Source: a virus. Taken from it: a stretch of DNA of 46,602 nucleotides. Under the pieces are notes generated by a model. It was not told where the DNA came from. It worked only from the letters and a program-made list of their open reading frames with translations, and made no database searches. The translations under genes were made by a program, and so were the position numbers. Below, piece after piece: positions 1-7,430 of this stretch; the first letter of the stretch is position 1, and each line of letters opens with the position of its first letter. The stretch is taken from UHGV virus genome UHGV-0186543; one strand, written 5' to 3'.

Positions 1-32
1 ATAGAGTATAACCGCGCCAAACATTCAACCTG

Positions 33-821
33 TCAAAATGCTGAATCAGCAACGGATACAGCCGACTTTTCCCCCATTAGCATCAATTTATCCAGCGTCA
101 TACTTCGCAGGTTGTCGCTGTGGATCACCAGATACCCTGCCCGCTCAGCGATCTCTTTGAAAGCGTCAAAGGTCATCAGATGTTCGCCTTTGGCAACATG
201 GCGCATCCTGGTCACTTTTCCATTTTTGATAGTGGTGATAAAAGAAAAATCCGGAATGGTTGGCTGATTTTCATCGAGTAGCAGGCAGTGGATGTATTCA
301 ATCGCCTCTAACATTTGCGTCTGTGACAGTTGTTCTATGTGAGAGACGGCGAAACGTTGGTGAATCATGGTGTAGGCATCGGGATACATCATGCCTTTCT
401 TACCGACCAGCATATTAACGGCATCACGTAAGGGAGTACGGTCATCGGTAGTTGTACTCCGCCTCTCTGGGCGCTGGCTAAAATAACAATCTTCAAGCTT
501 TTCGAAAACTTCCCAAGCCTGTTCTGTTTCCAGCATTTTGGCATGGCGAGCTGCGCCGCGTTCTGTCCAGAGAATGAGGGATCGGGTATGTTTAGCAACT
601 GACTGACTATCTGTCAGTCTGTTTTTGAAGTCGCGTAATTCATTACCTTCCAGCTTAAAAAAATGCTTTCCTACGACAAATCTGGCGATGTTGCGCTTGA
701 AGTTTTGCTGGATACCATTTACTTCCGTGCCATACAAACTGGCAAGCAATTCAGTAGTGATGACGGGAAGTTGGTTATGATGTAGCGGAGAAAGGGATTC
801 CGCAGATATTTGGATTGTCAT
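33..821 (-). CDS. ant: antirepressor (ORF6N/Bro-N-like N-terminal domain plus KilA-C/Ant-like C-terminal domain)
   Basis: ORF 33..869. The N-terminal LPVITTELLASLYGTEVNGIQQNFKRNIARFVVGKHFFKLEGNELRDFK is typical of ORF6N antirepressors. Start placed at ATG 821 (GAGG 8 nt upstream); ATG 851 or TTG 869 are also possible. Confidence 0.75.
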   Translation of the reverse strand: MTIQISAESLSPLHHNQLPVITTELLASLYGTEVNGIQQNFKRNIARFVVGKHFFKLEGNELRDFKNRLTDSQSVAKHTRSLILWTERGAARHAKMLETEQAWEVFEKLEDCYFSQRPERRSTTTDDRTPLRDAVNMLVGKKGMMYPDAYTMIHQRFAVSHIEQLSQTQMLEAIEYIHCLLLDENQPTIPDFSFITTIKNGKVTRMRHVAKGEHLMTFDAFKEIAERAGYLVIHSDNLRSMTLDKLMLMGEKSAVSVADSAF

Positions 822-982
822 CGCAGTGGCCTCACTTAGTGTTTTTTTCATCACCACCAGCGACGCCAATCATCTGGTGGTGAACTGTGCAGGGTTGGCG
901 TAACCGGCTAAGTGAACCCGGCGCTTCCGCAGAAGCCCCCACACAGCCCACCATAATGCGAATGTGGCCGTGCCTAACACAT

Positions 983-1005
983 AAAAAAACCGCTAACGCG
1001 GCTAT
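983..1005 (-). terminator. intrinsic terminator upstream of ant
   Basis: On the minus strand, hairpin AGCCGC-gtta-GCGGTT is followed by TTTTTAT. It lies between the 73-aa ORF and ant. Confidence 0.55.
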
Positions 1006-1093
1006 GCGTCACTTAGATATCCGGGACGCCAATCCCGGCAACCGATTTTGCGGCTGCGCGGAAACTATAGCCCCGGGCTTTTTCTAAGTCAAT

Positions 1094-1315
1094 TCAATCA
1101 ACTTCAAACCTCCGGTGTTCACATTCCATACACTCAACGGGAACATCATCGCGATGCAAGTCCACATATCCGACCCGCTTATACAACTCAATAATGTCCG
1201 GTAACGTGACCAGATGTTTTTCCGGTTCCAACACCTCAGCCCTGGTTACTTTGTAATCTGAAATATAGAGCACTATCCGCCCGTTCCGTGGTAACTCCAG
1301 TTTATCGCCAAACAT
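1094..1315 (-). CDS. hypothetical small phage protein (73 aa)
   Basis: ATG-started ORF in the minus-strand early-right operon. No recognisable motif. Confidence 0.6.
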   Translation of the reverse strand: MFGDKLELPRNGRIVLYISDYKVTRAEVLEPEKHLVTLPDIIELYKRVGYVDLHRDDVPVECMECEHRRFEVD

Positions 1316-1389
1316 GTCCTTTCCCTCCGGGAAACCAATGATATTGACGATATTACACCCACAACGATTCGTTTTACGTCACTCCGCAA

Positions 1390-1506
1390 TCACCATACAT
1401 ACGTACCAATCCGTACATTCCCACCACAAAAATGGCATTCGGCGGGCACTGGTAATGGATTTTTAACGCGTGCTATTGCCTTGCGACGTATTTTCAACTC
1501 ACTCAT
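1390..1506 (-). CDS. 38-aa ORF, possibly a truncated zinc-ribbon protein
   Basis: The ATG overlaps the stop of the upstream gene (ATGA). Peptide MSELKIRRKAIARVKNPLPVPAECHFCGGNVRIGTYVW carries one CxxC and stops abruptly. It is below the ORF-track size cutoff. Confidence 0.3.
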   Translation of the reverse strand: MSELKIRRKAIARVKNPLPVPAECHFCGGNVRIGTYVW

Positions 1507-1727
1507 ACAGCCTCCCTGCTCTCAAATGGGCGAATATTGGTTGGTTCTCCACACGGAATAGCCCAACCCAGCCAGGTAAATATTTTCAGGTCACACATCG
1601 CGTCATACCGTTCGCCAGGATTCACATCCACCATGCTGCAGGCAATTTCATATTGTTCACCATTATCAGTCAGTGCGATCTGGTCATTAATAAACCGGGG
1701 CACAAATGCCAGAAAAAGTTCTTTCAT
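1503..1727 (-). CDS. hypothetical phage protein (74 aa)
   Basis: ATG start with a 4-nt overlap with the upstream gene, in operon. Confidence 0.65.
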   Translation of the reverse strand: MKELFLAFVPRFINDQIALTDNGEQYEIACSMVDVNPGERYDAMCDLKIFTWLGWAIPCGEPTNIRPFESREAV

Positions 1728-2035
1728 GAAATCCTCCGCTCAAAATAAACATACTGATTCACCGCACCGATCGACATTTCGAGTTTTTCCGCGATATCCT
1801 GGCGATTAATACCCGACTGATGTAATTCCCTTGCCAGCTCGATATCCTCCTGGCGGTATTTCACTGACTGGTGATAATTACCCCGCAGATACATACAGAT
1901 TTTCAACTCGCGCGCTTTTGTGCGTACCGCAGCACCGGTTCTTCCAATAAGCTGCCCTATACGTTCAACTGTCATGCTGCCCGCACATTGTTTGATGATT
2001 ACGACTTCCGCACGCACCCACCGTTTGTATTTCAT
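1724..2035 (-). CDS. small helix-turn-helix protein (103 aa)
   Basis: Two HTH-like segments (MTVERIGQLIGRTGAAVRTKAREL and INRQDIAEKLEMSIGAVNQYV). Overlapping start/stop with neighbours. Confidence 0.65.
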   Translation of the reverse strand: MKYKRWVRAEVVIIKQCAGSMTVERIGQLIGRTGAAVRTKARELKICMYLRGNYHQSVKYRQEDIELARELHQSGINRQDIAEKLEMSIGAVNQYVYFERRIS

Positions 2036-2268
2036 TGCTCCATCCCCCCTCTCCAGTAGTTCAGACGCTCTCTGAAAAATTCCCGGTACGTATCCGGCGT
2101 CATTCCGATTTGCTCAATCACGCTTCCCCTCGGAATACGTTTCTCAAAGAGTTGGCGGATCAGCGTCGCCGCTCGCATGTCGTAGTGCTCTTTAAGCAGG
2201 TATTCCTGAGGCCATTTGGCGCGGTTGTGTGGTAAGCCGGGCGGCAGGTAATCTGATTGCCCTGCCAT
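2032..2268 (-). CDS. hypothetical phage protein (78 aa)
   Basis: ATG start, tightly packed in the operon. Confidence 0.6.
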   Translation of the reverse strand: MAGQSDYLPPGLPHNRAKWPQEYLLKEHYDMRAATLIRQLFEKRIPRGSVIEQIGMTPDTYREFFRERLNYWRGGMEQ

Positions 2269-2269
2269 A

Positions 2270-2680
2270 TCACGTCCCTTTCTTTGCTATCGGAGTGATG
2301 GAACTCAGCAGCAGGCGACAGCGACCGGGCGCGCCAATGCGCTGTCCGGTTATCTTGTCGTAAGTTTCATGCGGTGAGGCACACCAGGTTGTCGCTGTTT
2401 CGTGGAGTTTCACTTGCCGCTCACCATTTCTGCGAATCGCGATCCCGATGTGCGTTTTACCCTTACATTTCACTGCTGGCGCTGCGGCTACGGATGCCTG
2501 ACGGGCAGGCTGAGCTGGTGTTGAAAAATTGCCTGCTTTGGGTCTTGGTACAAAAACCGCACGAGTGCGCGCACGTGGCCCGGCGTTCATATTCCACAAA
2601 ATGACGTCGAGATAGTTTTTACCGTCGTCTATGTGTCCTTTGTCCGACGGGTACTCTAATTTGCCTGAAATGGTGGTCAT
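2270..2680 (-). CDS. hypothetical phage protein (136 aa)
   Basis: The ATG is preceded by the recurrent leader CCGAGGAAAGACCA. Confidence 0.6.
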   Translation of the reverse strand: MTTISGKLEYPSDKGHIDDGKNYLDVILWNMNAGPRARTRAVFVPRPKAGNFSTPAQPARQASVAAAPAVKCKGKTHIGIAIRRNGERQVKLHETATTWCASPHETYDKITGQRIGAPGRCRLLLSSITPIAKKGT

Positions 2681-2718
2681 TGGTCTTTCCTCGGTTATTT
2701 CACGCTGGTCATGCGTGG

Positions 2719-4110
2719 TTAAAATGGGTCCGTATTAAAGTTTTTGTTTGAATACCGTTTTTCACGTTTTCTCGGTTGCTCTGCCTCCTTCTGGATGCGT
2801 AATTTTTCGCGTGCTACGTGTTGATCAATTGGCAGGAAATGCCCATTCCGGAATTCCTGATAAATAATTTCACCTGCCCCGCCAGAACGGTTTTTACCGA
2901 TAATCACCTCGGCGATACCCTTTGCAGGTGAATCAGGTGTGTAAACTTCATCGCGGTACAAAAACAAAATGCTGTCAGCGTCCTGCTCAACACTGCCGGA
3001 ATCGCGCAGGTCCGACATCACCGGGCGACGCTGGCCAGCAGGTCGAGAATCCACCTGGCGGGAAAGCTGGCTAAGAGCAAAAACAGGGGTATGCAGACGC
3101 ATGGCCATAGTCTTCATGTTGCGGGAGATATGCCCGACAGCGAGATCGTGGCGCTCGGCCTTCGGTTTTTTGATCAGGCCCATGTAATCAACACCAATCA
3201 ACTTCAGGTGCGGATAACGGCGTTTATGAGTCTCTGCAATGGCGCGGATCTGCTCAATCGTCAAATCAGTGGCATCAACAATCCAGATATCGCGATCCTG
3301 CATGATTGCAAGCGCGGCGGTTAATCTGGTCAAATCCTCATCGTCCATTTCTTTTGGATTACGCAGACGCGACGTGGACATATTCCCAGCCCCGGCAACG
3401 GTACGTTCAACAATCTGCTGAGCGCCCATTTCCATGCTGAAAAACAGTGCGCCGCCGCCATCTGCGGTAACGCCATCGATAATCTTCAGGGTAAATTCCG
3501 TTTTCCCCATGCCTGGACGACCGGCAACCACAACAAGGTCGGTCATGTTGATACCGCCCAGGGCGACATCCAGATCCTCGACTCCGGTTTTCAGCATCAT
3601 TTCCTGCGCGTCGCCAGACATCCGTTTATCAACGGTGTCAATGTAGAGCGGTAACAGCTCTTTGATGTGTACCGGCTGGACTGTGCCGGTAGCGGCGCTC
3701 ATATCCAGCACCTGAGCAACATGAGATTCAATAACCTCATCACGCTGACTCTGGTTTACAGCGTTACGGATACCATCCGCGCCAGATTGCAACAATGCCG
3801 CCATTTTGCGGCTCCGCCATGCCCGCACCATTTTCCCAGCATAGCCTTTCAGATTCGGTACCGTTGCCGGGATCCGGGATATTTGAGACAGATCCGCAAG
3901 GCTGGAACCGCCCAGCGCTTCGCTGATAAACAACATGTCGATCATGCCGTTCGCCAGTGCCTGCTTTTTGATTTCGCTGAAAGCGCGACGGTGAAACACG
4001 ATGCTGAAGGCTTCCTCCGGAGTAGTGGCAATCACATCAAACGCGTCAGGCGTCGCGCCACCGTTAATCAGACCAGCGAGAACGATCGCTTCCAGTTCTT
4101 CTGGATTCAT
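2719..4110 (-). CDS. dnaB: replicative DNA helicase, DnaB family
   Basis: 463 aa with Walker A GRPGMGKTEF, DnaB C-terminal motifs (ALSQLSRQVDSR, LRDSGSVEQDAD) and a DnaB-like N-terminal domain. Confidence 0.9.
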   Translation of the reverse strand: MNPEELEAIVLAGLINGGATPDAFDVIATTPEEAFSIVFHRRAFSEIKKQALANGMIDMLFISEALGGSSLADLSQISRIPATVPNLKGYAGKMVRAWRSRKMAALLQSGADGIRNAVNQSQRDEVIESHVAQVLDMSAATGTVQPVHIKELLPLYIDTVDKRMSGDAQEMMLKTGVEDLDVALGGINMTDLVVVAGRPGMGKTEFTLKIIDGVTADGGGALFFSMEMGAQQIVERTVAGAGNMSTSRLRNPKEMDDEDLTRLTAALAIMQDRDIWIVDATDLTIEQIRAIAETHKRRYPHLKLIGVDYMGLIKKPKAERHDLAVGHISRNMKTMAMRLHTPVFALSQLSRQVDSRPAGQRRPVMSDLRDSGSVEQDADSILFLYRDEVYTPDSPAKGIAEVIIGKNRSGGAGEIIYQEFRNGHFLPIDQHVAREKLRIQKEAEQPRKREKRYSNKNFNTDPF

Positions 4111-5171
4111 AATGCCCCTTCCCTGGTTTTACGCAGTGTTTCTGGCTTCATCAGGTAATCAAACCCTGCCCGCCAGCCGGTGCGATATTCGCCGCCGAAA
4201 TAGAAGTCTGGGGCGTTATCGCGGAATTTTTCGAAGTAGCCGATAAATGCGCCAAGAGTTTGCGTGCGCATATGTGCCAGCAGGCGCAGGATTGCCCGAC
4301 GGCGGTCAGTATCAATTTCAGCTATAGGTAGCAGGTCGCCCAGAATCTCGTTGTAGCCCTTCACAACTTCAGCAGGGTCAACGGCAGCCTCAGCAGTGGC
4401 CCACGTCTCAGCGTCAGCCAGGTATCCGTCAAACCGGTTTACGCGGCAAATGTTCGCAGGTTTCGGAACGCTTCCGCTACGACGGCGCCATGTCGCAATA
4501 ACCCAACGAATTACTAACTGAATCTCAGCCACGCTGTAACCAGCGCGGGTGGTGGTGGCAGTTAGCAGCATGACAAACGGTTTAACGTCGCGGCAGCGGG
4601 TACCGACTTTCTCGTTGTAGTAGTTCAGAGCTTTTTGAGCGTCAGCGAGAATGATTTCCTCGCCCTCCCCCTTTTGGGGGTAAGGGGGATCTTTTATCTC
4701 TGTAGTACTCTCTGTTGTATTCTCTGTAAGAGATTGGGTCATTTTGACCTTAGCGCATGGGTCAACTTGACCTGATGCTTGGGTCACATTGACCTCTTCG
4801 ATTGGGTCAACTTGACCTAATCGATTGGCCACAGGGAATGTTGTCTCTTCAATCTTACATAACTGGGCATAATTGATTGAATACCACTTGGTTTTATCCC
4901 AGGCATCACTGTTAAAGTTCCCAGTAAATACCACATTCAATTTTTCCAGATTGGCCAGCACGCGTTTTATTGTCGACTCGCTCCAGAACGGGAATTGTTC
5001 TTGCCAATCGGTCACACTGTTGTACACCCAGTGGCGATTTTCGAAGAAATTTTGAGATGAATTCAGCCAGTAGTGGATTTGCTGTAGAACGATGGCTTCA
5101 TTCAACCCTATAGTGCATGCCAACGTGGGCAGGACCTGAAGGGGGTTTTCGTTAATCAGCAAACGACTCAT
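4107..5171 (-). CDS. replication initiator / replisome organizer (lambda O analogue)
   Basis: Located directly upstream of dnaB with an ATGA overlap. Contains four internal iterons, like lambda O. Start moved to ATG 5171 (GGAG 9 nt upstream; the track start 5207 is TTG). Confidence 0.75.
   Translation of the reverse strand: MSRLLINENPLQVLPTLACTIGLNEAIVLQQIHYWLNSSQNFFENRHWVYNSVTDWQEQFPFWSESTIKRVLANLEKLNVVFTGNFNSDAWDKTKWYSINYAQLCKIEETTFPVANRLGQVDPIEEVNVTQASGQVDPCAKVKMTQSLTENTTESTTEIKDPPYPQKGEGEEIILADAQKALNYYNEKVGTRCRDVKPFVMLLTATTTRAGYSVAEIQLVIRWVIATWRRRSGSVPKPANICRVNRFDGYLADAETWATAEAAVDPAEVVKGYNEILGDLLPIAEIDTDRRRAILRLLAHMRTQTLGAFIGYFEKFRDNAPDFYFGGEYRTGWRAGFDYLMKPETLRKTREGAL
4735..4817. repeat. 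origin of replication iterons (4 x 15 bp)
   Basis: TGGGTCAttTTGACC (4735), TGGGTCAacTTGACC (4758), TGGGTCAcaTTGACC (4780) and TGGGTCAacTTGACC (4803). Spacing is 22-23 bp. Each has internal dyad symmetry GGTCA/TGACC. Confidence 0.8.
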
Positions 5172-5173
5172 AC

Positions 5174-5398
5174 TCAGATCTCCAGAGCTTCGGCTATCTG
5201 ACGACAACCGGCTTCATAGTCCGCATTGCTCAGCCCTTTGTCGCGCAACTCGACCTTCCTGGATTCATACTGCTCCCACACCGAAAGCGCGGCAGCCATA
5301 CGCCCATCAAAAATAGGTTGGATCTCTGCAACATGTGCCGGGCGTCCATTCAGGTGCCAGCCGTTACGCCAGGTAATGCGGTCAATATGTCTTAACAT
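5174..5398 (-). CDS. hypothetical phage protein (74 aa)
   Basis: The ATG is preceded by CCGAGGAAAGACCG. The stop lies 2 nt before the initiator gene ATG. Confidence 0.6.
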   Translation of the reverse strand: MLRHIDRITWRNGWHLNGRPAHVAEIQPIFDGRMAAALSVWEQYESRKVELRDKGLSNADYEAGCRQIAEALEI

Positions 5399-5437
5399 CG
5401 GTCTTTCCTCGGTATAAGTTAAACGCTGGTCAGGCGC

Positions 5438-5914
5438 TCATGCATGGTGGCCTTGCGCAGTGCTTATCACTGCCCCTCGCGTCGCTACCAGCGCCGCTAT
5501 TGCTTCGTCAATTTCCTGGATAGTTAACTCTGGCGCGAAGTGGAGATGTACAGCGTTAATCGCTTCCACCCCTTCTTTTGCCGCCAGCGTTGCCAGCAAA
5601 ACGGGATCGCCCGGCGACTCCAGACGCGCCCGCCGTTCTGCGGGTAGCACGGCTTTCATCACACTGGCCAGCACCTGAGTTTTTCGGCGCGCCGCCGTTG
5701 TCTCGCCACGTAACCAGCGAAAGATTTTCTGCCGGTTGTTGTTGATGGCTCTCCAGTCCACGTTACCGTCCGCGTCCTCAAATTCATGTAGTCTCAACTC
5801 ATCATTGCGTCCCTGACTGAACCAGGCCCGGCAGATTTCAATTGTGACGAGTTCCTGCCCTGCCCTTGCCGCCCAGGTCAAAATCTCTTTTTGTAATTCC
5901 TCTGGGTTTTCCAT
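5438..5914 (-). CDS. YdaT-family protein (CII-like regulator position)
   Basis: 158 aa immediately downstream of the cro-like gene. The segment KIFRWLRGETTAARRKTQVLASVMKAVLPAERRARL resembles my recollection of Rac YdaT (YHRWLKGETKTQREKIQKLIPAILAILPRELRHRL). Confidence 0.55.
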   Translation of the reverse strand: MENPEELQKEILTWAARAGQELVTIEICRAWFSQGRNDELRLHEFEDADGNVDWRAINNNRQKIFRWLRGETTAARRKTQVLASVMKAVLPAERRARLESPGDPVLLATLAAKEGVEAINAVHLHFAPELTIQEIDEAIAALVATRGAVISTAQGHHA

Positions 5915-5973
5915 AGCGTCTCCTGTCGCTAAAAATTGATTACGCTTAATCAGATGTAATAAGCCGCCCTTTG

Positions 5974-6171
5974 CTAAGCTTTTTCATGTTTTGGAACATC
6001 GTAAAAAGTCGGGTCATATTTCAGTGCTCCGTTAGTGATATGGTCGAGTCGAGCAGCTCGCTTTTCAGGAACTGTTGCCCCCCAACGAGTAACCGCCACT
6101 TGAGATATACCCAGCACCTTGGCTGTGGCTGTCTTTGAACCAAAAAAACTAATAACCGTCTCTGTTTTCAT
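5974..6171 (-). CDS. Cro/YdaS-like HTH regulator
   Basis: 65 aa with HTH KTATAKVLGISQVAVTRW. Divergent from the repressor gene. SD GGAGGG upstream of the ATG. Confidence 0.8.
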   Translation of the reverse strand: MKTETVISFFGSKTATAKVLGISQVAVTRWGATVPEKRAARLDHITNGALKYDPTFYDVPKHEKA

Positions 6172-6182
6172 AATCCCTCCAC

Positions 6183-6235
6183 GTAACTTTTGTTAGCAAC
6201 ATAAATACTAACGAAAGTTATGTCAAGTTAACTTA
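6183..6235. promoter_or_regulatory. immunity switch: PR promoter plus operators
   Basis: Minus strand: TTGACA (6221-6226), 17 nt, TATGTT (6198-6203). Operators of type CTAAC-N4-GTTA at 6184-6196 (reverse-complement reading) and 6208-6220. Palindrome AAGTTAACTT at 6225-6234. Confidence 0.7.
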
Positions 6236-6239
6236 TATT

Positions 6240-6653
6240 ATGAGGATGAAGAATTTGATGCTTAGCGACCGTTTATCTCAAAGACGCAAACAGCTTGGTC
6301 TAACCCAACAACAGCTTGCTGATATGGTTGGAAGATCGAGTGTGAGCGTTTTTAAATGGGAAAGCGGACAAAATGAACCAAAGGGTCAGAACTTGCTGGC
6401 TTTGGCCAATGCACTTAAGTGTTCTGCCACATGGCTGCTTTTTGGTGACGAAGACCAGGCACCAACTCCGGTAGACGAATTACCAACAGAGCTGGATTCA
6501 CGTCAAAAAAGATTGTTAGAGTTATTTGATTCATTACCCGAGTCAGAAAAAGAAAAGCAACTAATTGAATTAGAAGATAAAGTTGAAAACTTTAATCGTT
6601 TATTTGAAGAGTTACTGGTTACCAGAAAGAAACTAACCCCCACCAAAAAATAA
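6240..6653 (+). CDS. CI-type repressor, XRE-family HTH, no S24 peptidase domain
   Basis: 137 aa. HTH LTQQQLADMVGRSSVSVFKWESG. Acidic, coiled-coil-like C-terminus. Too short for, and lacking, a LexA/CI autocleavage domain. Start could be 6240 (nearly leaderless) or ATG 6258. Confidence 0.85.
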   Translation: MRMKNLMLSDRLSQRRKQLGLTQQQLADMVGRSSVSVFKWESGQNEPKGQNLLALANALKCSATWLLFGDEDQAPTPVDELPTELDSRQKRLLELFDSLPESEKEKQLIELEDKVENFNRLFEELLVTRKKLTPTKK

Positions 6654-6656
6654 AAT

Positions 6657-6692
6657 AAAGGCAATGTTTTCAATGCATTGCCTTTATTTTTA
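6657..6692 (+). terminator. intrinsic terminator after the repressor gene
   Basis: AAAGGCAATG ... CATTGCCTTT stem (6657-6666 / 6676-6685) followed by ATTTTTA. Confidence 0.75.
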
Positions 6693-6701
6693 CCCCAAAT
6701 A

Positions 6702-6752
6702 CTAACCTTTGTTATAAAACGCCTTGCACATAAAATTACCTTTAGTTATATT
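6702..6752 (+). promoter_or_regulatory. candidate PL promoter with operator-like sites
   Basis: TTGCAC (6724-6729), 17 nt, TATATT (6747-6752). CTAACctttGTTA at 6702-6714 matches the PR operators. A weaker TTACctttaGTTA at 6737-6749 has an N5 spacer. Confidence 0.55.
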
Positions 6753-6800
6753 CATTCCATCAACAACGCTTACCCAGCGGCAGTTGTTCAGAAACAAGTT

Positions 6801-6823
6801 CTGACAGCCGGAAAGACGGCACC
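6801..6823 (+). repeat. 23-bp direct repeat, copy 1
   Basis: ctgacagccggaaagacggcacc, identical to 7254-7276. Confidence 0.9.
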
Positions 6824-7108
6824 AAATTTTGCGCGTCGGCGCCAACACGATGACAGAGGGAAAGACTTCACCGGCATATGGCACATGTGTCGAAGCGGTC
6901 TGGATGGAAGCGGAGCCTTAACGCGTTGTCTCCATAGCAGGTAGCCGGAATGTGCAAGCCACAGCCAGGTATGAGCGATTGATTCACCATCAAGGCGATA
7001 CGGTGTGACCACCAGGGAAGAGTCCTGGCTACAACACGAGAGCGCACTTCATCGACTCAACTTTGAGCTTTGTCGTTAAATTTTGAAATGGCGGAGTGCG
7101 CTCCCGGT

Positions 7109-7173
7109 TGTGGTGAACAGGTGTTTAACGGGAACTCCCTGCCCGTTACCCGGTTCGATTCCGGGCGCTACAC
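7109..7173 (+). ncRNA. tRNA-like element (T-arm plus acceptor-like stem), not a canonical tRNA
   Basis: CCCGG-TTCGATT-CCGGG T-arm at 7149-7165. 7166-7172 CGCTACA can pair with 7109-7115 TGTGGTG (two G-U pairs). The interior is only 33 nt, with no D-arm and a 9-nt central loop. Confidence 0.3.
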
Positions 7174-7253
7174 CGTAATTATTGGGACCCTCTGGTGAAA
7201 GCCAGAGCCTCTCGCAGAGAGGCGCAACGAGGAAAGACCGGGCATGACCAGCC

Positions 7254-7276
7254 CTGACAGCCGGAAAGACGGCACC
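7254..7276 (+). repeat. 23-bp direct repeat, copy 2
   Basis: ctgacagccggaaagacggcacc, identical to 6801-6823 and 453 bp downstream of it. Confidence 0.9.
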
Positions 7277-7430
7277 CTTTAGATGGCAAAAGACCCGCAC
7301 AAGGCGGGCCAGTTACCCCGAACGGCGACCAAACCATTCGGATATGGTGCAAGGGACCAACCTTACACCGAGGAAAGACCAACGACAGAGCCGCTGATCG
7401 GTTCTGAGTATACCCCACCAAGGAGTCGCT

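Noticed and set aside
887-1087. 66-aa plus-strand ORF in the spacer upstream of ant
   Set aside because: It has a GTG start without an SD, spans the hairpin/terminator region, and has no coding-like composition. The region is better explained as regulatory.
2969-4246. Plus-strand ORFs antisense to dnaB (2969..3187, 3091..3324, 3239..3421, 3434..3646, 3667..4158, 4001..4246)
   Set aside because: They lie entirely within a confidently identified helicase gene on the other strand and have Arg/Ser/Pro-rich composition typical of antisense frames. The same reasoning applies to antisense ORFs inside the Rad52-like gene, tape measure, sheath, portal, protease, terminase and HNH genes.
7109-7173. 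A genuine tRNA gene suggested by GGTTCGATTCC
   Set aside because: There are only 33 nt between the acceptor-like stem and the T-arm, no D-arm, a 9-nt rather than 7-nt central loop, and no match to any E. coli tRNA 3' end I can recall. It is reported only as a tRNA-like element.
6753-7430. The leader as a CsrB-like sponge RNA for the CsrA-like protein
   Set aside because: By eye I count about 15 GGA triplets in ~650 nt, against about 10 expected by chance, and the obvious hairpin loops do not present GGA. The enrichment is too weak to claim, so it is kept only as a remark under the motif and CsrA findings.
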